NCBI GenBank assembly: GCA_963422745.1
Contig: OY730477.1
Coordinates: forward strand, 1,272,880 to 1,336,879
DNA length: 64,000 nt
Direction of reading: 5' to 3'
Source of the DNA: Acidimicrobiales bacterium
Lineage (GTDB): Bacteria > Actinomycetota > Acidimicrobiia > Acidimicrobiales > Aldehydirespiratoraceae
Below, one piece after another: positions 17,485 to 27,164 of this stretch. Positions within the stretch are counted from its first letter, which is position 1; each line of letters starts with the position of its first letter. A program made the translations under genes and the position numbers. A model generated the notes under the pieces. It had not been told where the DNA came from, did no database searches, and saw only the letters and a program-made list of their open reading frames with translations.

Positions 17485-18549
17485 TCAGTGGATTAGTTCG
17501 AGGGCACCGAGATCAATGATCTGGGCTGCGCTTCGTTCAGCCATCGCCATGAACATCTCGTCGCCGCGTTTGGTGCGGCCGACCATAATACTGCCGAGCG
17601 CGGTGATGAACGGTCCCTGGAAAGCTCCGTGGGCATACATCAACCCAAGTTGGTCGTCGTCAAGGATCACACCAGCGTCGGCCATGGCGTTGCCATAAGC
17701 ATCGAGCGTTGCTTGCTCGTGGCGTCTGCGATCGGTTGGTTCAGACGAGTTCCCCAGCAGATAAGCGAGGTCACGGCCGCCCGATCCGAGACCGAGCGTC
17801 TGCCAGTCGACCGCGGTCACAGCGGCTGCGCCACAACTGGGGGCGAACATGAGGTTGTCCAGTCGATAGTCGCCATGAACGAGAGTGATGTCGGTGGGTT
17901 GGCGCGCGATCCAGTTTCCGCACTTGGCTCCGAATTCACCGAGCACCATCTGTGCGCGCTTGGACATACGGTCTGAGTAGCGTTCCAGGAAGATCGGCAT
18001 GACGACCTCAATGTAGGCAACCGCCTGCTCCCCGCTTGATGCGAGCCAGCCGATCTGTGTGAGTTCGGGGTCGTTCCATCGTGGTCCGTGCAGACCCGCC
18101 AGGTTGGTAGCTGCAGTTATTACCTGTTCGTCGGTCGCGCCAGCGATCTGATCACCCTGCATAGCCGGGGCTAAGTCCTCGAGCACCAACGTGAAGGTGC
18201 TGGAGTCCTCGGACACATCGCCGTGAAAGCAGCGCGGCACCGACACGGTAAGTGTGGAGGCCAGTTCCTGGTAGAAGCGGACTTCGGTGAGGTAGCCACC
18301 GGATGCGCCAGCGGCTCGGCTCGTCTCGTCCGGTGACGGGAACTTGATGACAATCGAGTTAGGTGCTGGCATAGAACCTGCGGCGTAGCACAGCAAGTAG
18401 CGCTCAAGGTGGGCCATCTGGCCGGTGCCGACAGCGCTACGTCGGAATGACCCGACCACAACATCGTGGCCCGAGCTTTGCATGATGGCAGTGAGCCATT
18501 CGGCGCTGACCTCGGCGGGATCTTCAAGTATCGGCAATTCGCTGTTCAC
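17485..18549 (-). CDS. phosphotransferase-family kinase (APH/choline-kinase-like fold)
   Basis: Contains the catalytic loop LVHGDYRLDNLMF and AVDWQ. The start is uncertain: GTG 18549 (10 nt after the ABC-F stop), GTG 18576 or ATG 18483. The ORF extension to 18759 overlaps ABC-F and is rejected. Confidence 0.7.
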   Translation of the reverse strand: MNSELPILEDPAEVSAEWLTAIMQSSGHDVVVGSFRRSAVGTGQMAHLERYLLCYAAGSMPAPNSIVIKFPSPDETSRAAGASGGYLTEVRFYQELASTLTVSVPRCFHGDVSEDSSTFTLVLEDLAPAMQGDQIAGATDEQVITAATNLAGLHGPRWNDPELTQIGWLASSGEQAVAYIEVVMPIFLERYSDRMSKRAQMVLGEFGAKCGNWIARQPTDITLVHGDYRLDNLMFAPSCGAAAVTAVDWQTLGLGSGGRDLAYLLGNSSEPTDRRRHEQATLDAYGNAMADAGVILDDDQLGLMYAHGAFQGPFITALGSIMVGRTKRGDEMFMAMAERSAAQIIDLGALELIH

Positions 18550-18559
18550 ATTGGCCCCA

Positions 18560-20293
18560 TCAACGATTTCGTACACGAACCCTGTTTGGGGTGATCTTGC
18601 GGGCCTTGGCGGGAACTGCTTTTTGGGATGAAGACCGGGCCTTAGCGGTTGTGGTGGACTGTTTCGTGTTCGATCGTGTTTCGGTGGTTGGCTCTGCGCT
18701 GTTCCCAGCAGGGGTGAGTACCTTTTCGGGTACCCCGTCGTAGTAAGTGGCATGGCCATTGCGGACGTCGATGACTGCGTCGGCGACGTTGCGGATGAGG
18801 TGCCGGTCGTGGGTGATAAGCAACACGGTGCCGGGATAAGCCATCAGCGCGTCCTCCAAGACGTCGCAAGATGGTAGGTCGAGATGATTGGTGGGCTCGT
18901 CGAGAACCAGCAGGTTGACAGGCTCGATCATGGCTCGAGCCAACCCGAGACGCGTTCGTTCCCCGCCCGACAGGTCACCTACGAGCCGGTCAGCAGCGTC
19001 GCCTGGGAACCCGAACGATCCGAGCACACTGCGCATATTTCGCCTGTGGGGATCGATACCGGCCCACATTGTCGCGATGACTGTTGTGTGGGGGTCGAAC
19101 TCATCGGCTTGGTGCTGATGAAACGCCGCCACCTTCACGTTGTCGGCCAGTGCCGCCCGTCCCCGCCAGGCTGGGATCTCGCCTGTGATGAGCCGCACAA
19201 GGGTTGTCTTGCCGACACCATTCGGGCCCACAAGCGCTACCTTTTGGCCGCGTTCCACGGTGAGGTTCACCTCTGAGAGGACCAGTTTGCCGTCGTAGCC
19301 ACCAGAGGCTTCGGTGAGTTCCGCAACCACCCTCGACGAGCGCGGAGGATCTGCGAACGCGAATCGGGCTACCAGCTCTGAGCGGTCGGGCACCCGGATC
19401 ATCTCGAGCTTGCGCAGAGTCTTGAGCCGGCTCTGGACCTGGCGGGCTTTCGTTGCCTTGTAACGGAATCGGTTGATGAAGCGTTCGATGTGTGCGACTT
19501 CGCGGGTCTGACGAGCGGCTGAAGCCTCAAAACGGGCAATGCGCTCCTCGCGGGCGACGACGAACTCCGCGAACCCTCCCACATACTCCAAAGACGTGCC
19601 TTCAGCCAACTCAACAACGCGATCCGCAACGGCATCGATGAAGTCGCGGTCGTGGCTCACAAACAGCAAGGCGCCGGGCCATGCCGCCAATTGCTTCTCG
19701 AGCCAGGCCACTGAATCCACATCGAGATGGTTGGTGGGTTCATCAAGCAGCAAAATGTCTGGTTCAGCCACCAAGAGTCGAGCCAAGGCGACCCGCATGC
19801 GCCATCCGCCTGACAGTTCCCTAAGCGGTCGATGAGCTGCGTGCACCTCGAATCCCAGGCCCGCCAGCACCCTGTGGGCCTTGGCCTCTAGGGCGTAGCC
19901 GCCCATCATCTCGAATCGTGCCTGCACGTCGCCATAGTCAGCCAACACCTGAACAGTGTCGAGTTGAGGATCCTCCATGCAACGCTGGAGTTCGTCGCGG
20001 CGCCGGGCTAGATCGGCCAGTTCACCGGCTCCGCTAAGCACCTCGGTGAGAACCGTGCCTGTGTCCGCTGCGATCAGGTCCTGGGGCAGGTATCCAATCG
20101 TCATTGTGCTTGGTCGAGTGATCGACCCTTCGTCGGGTTCCGCACGACCCGCGAGGATTTCCATTAGGGAGGTCTTGCCCGTGCCGTTGCTGCCTACGAG
20201 CGCGATTCGACGACCCGCCGACAGTCGAAGGGTGACCTCGGTGAACAGTTTGCGCGACCCAAACGAACGGCCGAGCCCAGAGGCGGTAAGCAT
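18560..20293 (-). CDS. ABC-F family ATPase (two ABC cassettes, no TM domain) with a basic C-terminal tail
   Basis: Contains Walker [10 protein letters not shown] and GPNGVGKTT, and signatures LSGGWRMR and [11 protein letters not shown] 20293 follows the surE stop. Confidence 0.9.
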   Translation of the reverse strand: MLTASGLGRSFGSRKLFTEVTLRLSAGRRIALVGSNGTGKTSLMEILAGRAEPDEGSITRPSTMTIGYLPQDLIAADTGTVLTEVLSGAGELADLARRRDELQRCMEDPQLDTVQVLADYGDVQARFEMMGGYALEAKAHRVLAGLGFEVHAAHRPLRELSGGWRMRVALARLLVAEPDILLLDEPTNHLDVDSVAWLEKQLAAWPGALLFVSHDRDFIDAVADRVVELAEGTSLEYVGGFAEFVVAREERIARFEASAARQTREVAHIERFINRFRYKATKARQVQSRLKTLRKLEMIRVPDRSELVARFAFADPPRSSRVVAELTEASGGYDGKLVLSEVNLTVERGQKVALVGPNGVGKTTLVRLITGEIPAWRGRAALADNVKVAAFHQHQADEFDPHTTVIATMWAGIDPHRRNMRSVLGSFGFPGDAADRLVGDLSGGERTRLGLARAMIEPVNLLVLDEPTNHLDLPSCDVLEDALMAYPGTVLLITHDRHLIRNVADAVIDVRNGHATYYDGVPEKVLTPAGNSAEPTTETRSNTKQSTTTAKARSSSQKAVPAKARKITPNRVRVRNR

Positions 20294-20300
20294 GACTCGA

Positions 20301-21128
20301 CTATTCGACGAAGAACGTGTCGAGAGCCGATTCCGCCGCCCGGACACAATCAAGATCGTGTTCGACAGCCTCAAGACGACCGAGCCAGCTCAGCGATACG
20401 TAGCCAGCCATCACCGCGCCTCCGTCGGCGTCGGAGGGGATCTTGATCGCGTCGCCCCAGGTCATCTCCACATGAAAGGTTTCTGTGTGGCCGGGTTTAG
20501 GTTCCAGCACCGCTTGCGCCATCGATCTCGGCGGTTCGTCCCCGACTCGGCATCGCCGCCAGCCGAGAATCTTTTCAGTTGCCCGGTTGGGGATGTTGAG
20601 GTTCAACACGACCGGCTCCGATGGTGGATCAGCTACCAACTCCTTGACCACGAGCGTGGCGATCTCGGCTGCGCTGTGCCATTTTTGGTTTTGTAGCACG
20701 CCCTCCCAGCCCTGTCCTTCAACGCCGAAGAAGTCGACCGACTGGCTGACCGCTACACCACTGATTCCGCCGTTGCGTGCGGTCAGGCAGGCGCCGACGG
20801 TGCCAGAGTGGTAAACACTGCGGCCCACATTGGCACCCGGATTGATCCCCGCCACGACTAGGTCAATCTGCTCGAACACGCCGAGACGTCCGAACATTGC
20901 ACAAAGGCCCGGAGGTGCGCTCACAGCCCAGGCTTCGTCAATGCCTTGGATCGTCGTCTTGCGCACGTCGGGTTTCATTAGATGCAGAGGACCGAGAGCC
21001 GCGCCGTAACCGGAGTACTCGGTGTCGGGGGCTACTACCACCACTTCACCTAACTGCTGCATCGCCTGCGCGAGAACATGGAGCCCGATCGAGTCGATTC
21101 CATCGTCGTTGGTGACAAGGATGCGCAC
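20301..21128 (-). CDS. surE: 5'/3'-nucleotidase SurE
   Basis: The N-terminus (M)[15 protein letters not shown] is the SurE signature. GTG start. Confidence 0.9.
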   Translation of the reverse strand: MRILVTNDDGIDSIGLHVLAQAMQQLGEVVVVAPDTEYSGYGAALGPLHLMKPDVRKTTIQGIDEAWAVSAPPGLCAMFGRLGVFEQIDLVVAGINPGANVGRSVYHSGTVGACLTARNGGISGVAVSQSVDFFGVEGQGWEGVLQNQKWHSAAEIATLVVKELVADPPSEPVVLNLNIPNRATEKILGWRRCRVGDEPPRSMAQAVLEPKPGHTETFHVEMTWGDAIKIPSDADGGAVMAGYVSLSWLGRLEAVEHDLDCVRAAESALDTFFVE

Positions 21129-21260
21129 CGATTGACCCTACCCGCACCCACTGATGACGGCTCCCGATTCGATGAGCCAGCGAACCTGGACACGTCGATC
21201 AGCGCAAGCCGAACTTGGGTCTGTTGCCGACCTTTGTGTCACGGGGAAGACCTCAGATGG

Positions 21261-21823
21261 GTGTTGCAGTCAGTTAACGGTTGGCGATTTGGCAAATCTC
21301 TGGTGTTGTAGTCAGTTGATCGTTAGCGGTTTGGCAAGTCCTTCGGTGTTGTAGTCAGTTAGTCGTTAGCGGTTTGGCAAGCTCCAGTAGTTGGGGTTCA
21401 CCCTGGCAAAGCGCATGGGAGACGGCCTTAGCGGCTATCTGGATTGTCCGACGATCTGGCGAGCCTTTAGCGTTGTAGTCAGTTAGTCGTTAGCGGTTTG
21501 GCAAGCCGCGAGCGTTTGGGGTTCACCCTGGCGAGGCGCATGGGAGACGGCCTTAGCGGCTATCTGGATAGTTCGACGATCTGGCAAGCCCCTGGTGTTG
21601 CAATCAGTTAACGGTTAGCGCAGTCAGTTAACGGTTAGCGATCTGGCCAACCCAGCGTTTGGGGTTCACCCTGGCAAAATCGGTCCGTGACGCCACCGGG
21701 CGAATAATCTGGCCAACCCAGTGTTTGGGGTTCACCCTGGCAATGCGTGTAGGAGACGGCCTTAGTAACTGTCTGGCAAGAGCGACGATTTGGCAAGCCC
21801 CAGCACTTGGGGTTAACCCTAGG
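21261..21823. repeat. composite repeat field built from two modules: X (about 43 nt, GTGTTGTAGTCAGTTAGTCGTTAGCGGTTTGGCAAGC) and Y (about 80 nt, TTGGGGTTCACCCTGGCAA...GGGAGACGGCCTTAGCGGCTATCTGGAT...CGACGATCTGGCAAGCC)
   Basis: X starts at 21261, 21303, 21346, 21472 and 21595 (plus an extra half unit at 21621). Y starts at 21391, 21516, 21659, 21725 and 21807 (partial). The last Y copy contains the perfect palindrome GGGTTAACCC (21810-21819), 12 nt before GTG 21832. Confidence 0.9.
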
Positions 21824-21831
21824 ATCGGCTG

Positions 21832-23001
21832 GTGACTGATACCTTTCTCACCGAACGCCTCAGAGGCTTTGGCGCCACGATCTTCGCTGAGATGTCGGCG
21901 CTTGCGGTTCGCACAGGCAGCATTAATCTCGGTCAGGGTTTTCCGGACACAGACGGTCCGGCTGAGGTTTCCGAGGCGGCGGTGCGGGCCATCCGCGACG
22001 GGCACAATCAATATCCGCCTCTACCGGGAATCGAAGCGCTGCGTGTTGCAATTGCCCAACACCGAGCGCGATTTCGCAATCAGCACTTCGATCCGAGCTC
22101 GGAGGTACTCGTAACTGCCGGTGCTACTGAGGCGTTGGCAGCGTCAATGCTTGCGCTCACGGGTCCCGGAGACGAGGTCATCACCTTTGAGCCCTACTAC
22201 GACTCATACGCGGCCGGTATCGCAATGTCGGGGGCGCGGCGGCGCGTTGTCGAGCTTCGCGCGCCGGACTTCTCCTTTGACCCCGAACAGCTGGAGTCGG
22301 CGTTCACTTCAGCCACCAAGGCGATATTGGTCAACAGCCCCCACAATCCCACGGGCAAGGTGTTCACCCGCGCCGAGTTGCAGGTCATCGCCGATTTGTG
22401 CATTAGACACGAAGTGGTGGCGGTGACAGATGAGGTCTATGAGCATCTCGTGTTCGACGGTGAACACATCGCTTTGGGGACCCTTGAGGGAATGGCCGAG
22501 CGGACGATCACCATTTCGTCAGCCGGAAAGATCTTCTCTTTCACCGGTTGGAAGATTGGCTGGGCATGCGGGTCTGAGCCTCTGATTCGAGCGGTACGTA
22601 CGGCCAAGCAGTTCCTGACTTTTGTCAGTGGAGGGCCGTTTCAGCACGCAGTTGCGGTGGGTTTGGGACTCGGCGATGATTTCTTTGACGGGTACAGGAT
22701 CGAGATGGCCGCCAAACGTGATCGGCTCTGCGCTGGTTTGGCGGAAGCTGGCTTTGGCGTTATCCGACCCGACGGCACGTATTTCACTACCTGCGATATC
22801 ACCCCGCTCGGTCACCGCGACGGTATGCGGTTCTGTTTGGAACTACCCGAACGCTGTGGCGTGGTGGCTGTGCCAAGTCAGGTGTTTTACGACACCACCG
22901 ACGCAGGGCGTCACCTCATCCGTTTCGCGTTCTGCAAACGCGATGAAGTTCTTGACGATGCCGTCGATCGGCTTGTGAAGGGACTCGGTTCAAGCAAGTA
23001 G
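21832..23001 (+). CDS. class I/II PLP-dependent aminotransferase (DapC/YbdL-like)
   Basis: Contains INLGQGFPD and the PLP-lysine region SSAGKIFSFTGWKIGW. GTG start preceded by AGGA. Confidence 0.85.
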   Translation: MTDTFLTERLRGFGATIFAEMSALAVRTGSINLGQGFPDTDGPAEVSEAAVRAIRDGHNQYPPLPGIEALRVAIAQHRARFRNQHFDPSSEVLVTAGATEALAASMLALTGPGDEVITFEPYYDSYAAGIAMSGARRRVVELRAPDFSFDPEQLESAFTSATKAILVNSPHNPTGKVFTRAELQVIADLCIRHEVVAVTDEVYEHLVFDGEHIALGTLEGMAERTITISSAGKIFSFTGWKIGWACGSEPLIRAVRTAKQFLTFVSGGPFQHAVAVGLGLGDDFFDGYRIEMAAKRDRLCAGLAEAGFGVIRPDGTYFTTCDITPLGHRDGMRFCLELPERCGVVAVPSQVFYDTTDAGRHLIRFAFCKRDEVLDDAVDRLVKGLGSSK

Positions 23002-23058
23002 CTGCTCTGTTATCACCGATCGGTTGAGGAAATATTATCGTTCGTCGGCCAGCGGATG

Positions 23059-24813
23059 TCATGTCCCTTCAAGGAGTCTCTCGCGTAGTTCGCGTTTGAG
23101 GATCTTGCCGTTGGCGTTCTTCGGCAGTGGCTCGGAAACGAACCAGATCGTTTCGGGAATCTTGAATCTCGCCAGGCTGGTCTTCAGATGTGCATGAAGT
23201 CCAGCCTCGTCCAGATCGGATCCCGGCACCCGCAACACGGCTGCTGCGACCTTCTCGCCGAGTCGTTCGTCGGGTATGCCAAACACTGCAACCTCGGCGA
23301 CTCCGGGATGGGTGTAGATGGCAGATTCCACCTCTGTGCAGTAAATGTTCTCCCCACCACGAAGCACCATGTCCTTGGCCCGGTCAACGATATGTACGAA
23401 ACCGTCTTCGTCAACACGGCAGATGTCGCCAGTGTTGAAGAAACCGTCCTGGATTGCTTCGGCCGTCTCGTCGGGTCGGTTGAGATATCCCTTGATTACC
23501 GCCGGTCCTCGCACCCACAACACCCCCAACTCTCCGGGTGCAACCACGCGACCGTTCTCGTTAACCACCTTGTGCTCGAATGTTGGCATGATCGGCCCGG
23601 CGGAGGTGGGCTTGGCGGTGAAGAACACAGACGCCACACCGGTGACGATTCCGTGGGTTTCGGTCAGGCCATAGCCGGTTGATGGCTGCACCGCACCCTT
23701 GGCTTGATCGATTTTGGCGACGAGATCGGGTTGCAGCGGTGCTCCACCGCCGCCAAGGGTGGCGAGAGTTGACGTGTCGCGGGTCTCCCAGTCCGGGTGT
23801 GACAACAGTTCTCGGCTCATGGTGGGAACACCGGTAACGGTTCCAACCTGCTCACGTTCGATCAGTTCCAAGGCGCGTCCGGGGTCCCACCGATACATCA
23901 ACACGATCTTGGCTCCCGCTGCGGTGGCCGGATGCAGTACGCAATTGTTGGCTGTTACGTGAAACAGCGGAGTCGGTACCAAGACCGCGGGAGATGCATC
24001 TTTGGCGGCTTCAACGTGAATTCCGGAGGCTGCAGACGCCTTTTGGCCCGCTTGGGTGGCCAATGTGTTGGCGAATGCCAGATGCATCAGGTTGTGCACG
24101 CTGCCGCGGTGGCTGAGCTGCGCACCTTTCGGCGCGCCAGTTGTGCCGGAGGTGTAGAAGATGCAGATGTCATCGTCGGGAGCGATCTCGGCTGTTGGCA
24201 ACCCGCCAGATCCGCCTTCGGTGCTGTCAGATGGCTTGGCGGTGTCGGCCCAGCGGGACGCGTCCGACGGAAGTTCACGATCCGAACGGACCGATATGAC
24301 GTGCAGTGAGCCGCCGGAACGCACGCTGTTGAGGTGCGGCAGCAACCGCTGCAGTCGTTCGTCGTCAACAACAAGCACCTTCGGACGGCTGTCGGATAGT
24401 CCGAAGGCCATTTCCGGTCCGGTCCACCATGCGTTCATGCCGACGGCGGCGGCACCAAGCGTAACGGTTGCCCAGTAGGCGATCACCCACTCTGGGTAGT
24501 TGCGCATGGCGATCGCGACCCGGTCGCCCGCCCGGACGCCGTGACGGTGATACAGGCTTGCGGCAAGAGAACTGACCTGGGCGTGCGCTTCGCTGTAGGA
24601 CAGTTGCTCGTCCTCGTACACGATGTATGTAGCGTCGCCGTGAGCCGCGGAGGACTGCCACACCATTCGAAGGTCGGGTGGCGCGGCGGCGAACACACGC
24701 ATCGCAGTGCCGTGAACCTCAGCGGTTTGGACCTCAAAGAGGCCTCCGACGCTGGTGAGTTCGTCCCAGGTTTCGGTCAGGTATTTCATCAGTTGGTCGC
24801 TCATCGTCACCAT
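23059..24813 (-). CDS. AMP-dependent acyl-CoA synthetase/ligase
   Basis: Contains YTSGTTGAPKGAQLSHRG and a C-terminal NANGKILK motif. The start is ATG 24813 or 24804. Confidence 0.85.
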   Translation of the reverse strand: MVTMSDQLMKYLTETWDELTSVGGLFEVQTAEVHGTAMRVFAAAPPDLRMVWQSSAAHGDATYIVYEDEQLSYSEAHAQVSSLAASLYHRHGVRAGDRVAIAMRNYPEWVIAYWATVTLGAAAVGMNAWWTGPEMAFGLSDSRPKVLVVDDERLQRLLPHLNSVRSGGSLHVISVRSDRELPSDASRWADTAKPSDSTEGGSGGLPTAEIAPDDDICIFYTSGTTGAPKGAQLSHRGSVHNLMHLAFANTLATQAGQKASAASGIHVEAAKDASPAVLVPTPLFHVTANNCVLHPATAAGAKIVLMYRWDPGRALELIEREQVGTVTGVPTMSRELLSHPDWETRDTSTLATLGGGGAPLQPDLVAKIDQAKGAVQPSTGYGLTETHGIVTGVASVFFTAKPTSAGPIMPTFEHKVVNENGRVVAPGELGVLWVRGPAVIKGYLNRPDETAEAIQDGFFNTGDICRVDEDGFVHIVDRAKDMVLRGGENIYCTEVESAIYTHPGVAEVAVFGIPDERLGEKVAAAVLRVPGSDLDEAGLHAHLKTSLARFKIPETIWFVSEPLPKNANGKILKRELRERLLEGT

Positions 24814-25010
24814 TGCTAGCGCGCGTAGGCTCAGCGCATGCAGACAGGGCAATACCGTGCAAGCACCACAAGGGTTCCCGCCGCACCGATTCGGCGTCCA
24901 TCGCCGGTGACCAAGCAGTGCTGTGAGGCGACGAAGCGGTGGGGGGAGGCGACGTGACTGGACACGTACCGATCGAGGCTGGCGATGGATTCGATGCCGA
25001 TGCGTTGATC

Positions 25011-26192
25011 ATGAAGTTGTTGATCGACAAGTCGGTGATACCGGATCCGTATCCCTACTACCGGGCATTGCGCGAGAACGCGCCGGTGCACAAAGCTGAG
25101 TGGTCGAACCTTTGGATCCTGTCGAGTTACCACGACGCGCGCGCGGTGCTGCGTGATCCCCGCTGCGGGAACCCCACCCCGGAGGCCTTTGAGCAGGGCC
25201 GCAGCGTCATTGATGGATCGCGTAGGCCACGCAGCCGGGACTCGCTTTCGATGCTCAACCTCAACCCGCCGGACCACACCCGGATTCGAGGGTTGGTGAG
25301 TCGAGCATTCACACCCCGCCGGGTGGAACGAATGCGGCCTGAGGTTGCGGCGATGGCCGATGGTCTGCTTGAGGAGTTGGGATCATCTGGGGACCTGGTC
25401 GGTTCGTTGGCGTTTCCGCTTCCCGCCAATGTGATCTCGGCGATGGTCGGTGTGCCCACACGGGATAGAGACTGGTTGCGGCCCCAAGTGGCTGACCTGA
25501 CTGTAGGCCTTGAACCGACGGCCAGTGACGACGAGTTGAACGATGCTGAAACGGCGTCCGAGCATTTGAGCGATTATCTGACCGATCTGATAGCGCAGCG
25601 CCGCGCAGAGCCGCAGGACGATTTGCTTTCAGTGCTTATTTCTGCCGGGGACGACGGCGACATGCTGACCGACGCGGAGATCATCACCAACACGTTGCTG
25701 ATATATGCCGCAGGTTTCGAGACGACGACACATCTAATCGGCAACATCATGCGCAGTCTCGTCGCCCATCCCGATCAGCACGAGCGTCTCCGACGAGACC
25801 GTGGGTTGGTTCGCACTGCGGTGGAGGAGGTGGTGCGCTTTGATCCTCCAGTGCAGATTGACGGACGTTTTGTGCACGCCGACATTGAGATTGGAGGGCA
25901 TCGAATATCAGCCGGTGAATCTGTCCTGACCCTTTTGGGGGCGGCCAACCGCGACCCGGCCATCTGCGATGATCCCGAAAGTTTCGATGTTGGTCGCAGT
26001 AACACACAGTTGTTGTCGTTCGGTTCGGGTATTCATTTCTGTCTCGGCGCAGCCCTGGCACGGTTGGAGGCGCAGGTGGTCTTGGAAAGGCTTCTTGATC
26101 GCTACAACGAATGGGAGATCACCGCGGAGCCGACCTGGCGGTCACGAATCACGTTGCGTGGCGTGGAACGCCTTGACGTGGCATTCGCCTAA
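25011..26192 (+). CDS. cytochrome P450
   Basis: Contains FGSGIHFCLGAALARLE, the I-helix AGFETT and EVVRF (ExxR). The start is ATG 25011; 24939 is also possible. Confidence 0.85.
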   Translation: MKLLIDKSVIPDPYPYYRALRENAPVHKAEWSNLWILSSYHDARAVLRDPRCGNPTPEAFEQGRSVIDGSRRPRSRDSLSMLNLNPPDHTRIRGLVSRAFTPRRVERMRPEVAAMADGLLEELGSSGDLVGSLAFPLPANVISAMVGVPTRDRDWLRPQVADLTVGLEPTASDDELNDAETASEHLSDYLTDLIAQRRAEPQDDLLSVLISAGDDGDMLTDAEIITNTLLIYAAGFETTTHLIGNIMRSLVAHPDQHERLRRDRGLVRTAVEEVVRFDPPVQIDGRFVHADIEIGGHRISAGESVLTLLGAANRDPAICDDPESFDVGRSNTQLLSFGSGIHFCLGAALARLEAQVVLERLLDRYNEWEITAEPTWRSRITLRGVERLDVAFA

Positions 26193-26246
26193 CTTTGTCT
26201 ACAGTTGGCTTCTACAGCTGGCGCAATTCTTACGCCTGCAGGCGGC

Positions 26247-27094
26247 TCAATAGCCTTTCCAGATAGGTTTGCGGGCCTCGCGGAAGCTGGCTACACCTTC
26301 GGTGGAGTCCTCGCTGTAGGTATTGATTTCCACGGCCAGCGCCTCATTGTGGACCATCTGGGCACGATCAGCGTCAAGGCTTGAGTTGACGAGCCACTTC
26401 GTCAGCCCGTAGGAGAGAGTTGGGCCGTTCGCGATCCGCTGCGACCATTGCGTGGCTGCCGACTCAAGTTCCTCAGCTGGCACGACCCGGTTGATCAGTC
26501 CCCACGATTCGGCCGTGGCCGCCGGTAGGTCCTCGGCGAACAGGAATAGTTCCATGGTGCGGCGCATCCCGATAATGCGGGGCAGCAGCCACGGACCAAG
26601 CGCATCGGGAACCAAGCCCCTGCGGGCGAACACCTCAACAAACTTGGCGTTGTCGGCTGCGATGACGAGATCGCACGCCAAGGCAAGATGAGAACCCATC
26701 CCGGCGGCGGTACCGTTGACGGCGGCGATGATCGGAATATCTGAATCCAAAATGGCGGGGAACAGCTTGTATTGGCCGTCCAGCATCATGCGGCGCGGGT
26801 CGCCCACGATCTGGTCCGGGGTATGGTTGCTCGTCCGACGTTGGTAGGTGTGAGACAGATCAGCTCCGGCGCAAAACAGTTTCGACCAGTTCCGGTGAGA
26901 ACGACACAACGAGCTTGCCTGGTGACGTTGAGATCGTTGATCAGATCACGGATACGGTCACGGCATGGCGGGTTCAAAGCGTTTCCAACCTCAGGTCGGT
27001 CAATGGTGATCCAAGCCACCGAGTCGCGAAACTGCAGACGGATCTGTTCTTCTAGTGGACGCTCCAAGGACACAGAACCCGACCCTACCGTCAT
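26247..27094 (-). pseudogene. enoyl-CoA hydratase/isomerase (crotonase) interrupted by a 1-nt frameshift
   Basis: The N-terminal half (IRLQFRDSVAWITIDRPEVGNALN...CVVLTGTGR) lies in the frame of ORF 26786..27157. The remainder (KLFCAGADL...AAVNGTAAGMG...) lies in the frame of ORF 26247..26909. The frames join at about 26882-26885, where GGT CG- AAA CTG TTT TGC lacks one base. Confidence 0.7.
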
Positions 27095-27164
27095 CCGGCG
27101 AGCTGAAACGGCTCCGCGGGGTCCCCGGCAGGTGCATCGTAAATTGGCGTTCAGCACAACAAGG

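Noticed and set aside
21261-21823. Sigma-54-type promoters suggested by the recurring TGGCAA in modules X and Y.
   Set aside because: There is no TGGCAC-N5-TTGC spacing match, and the taxon implied by gene content is not expected to use sigma-54.
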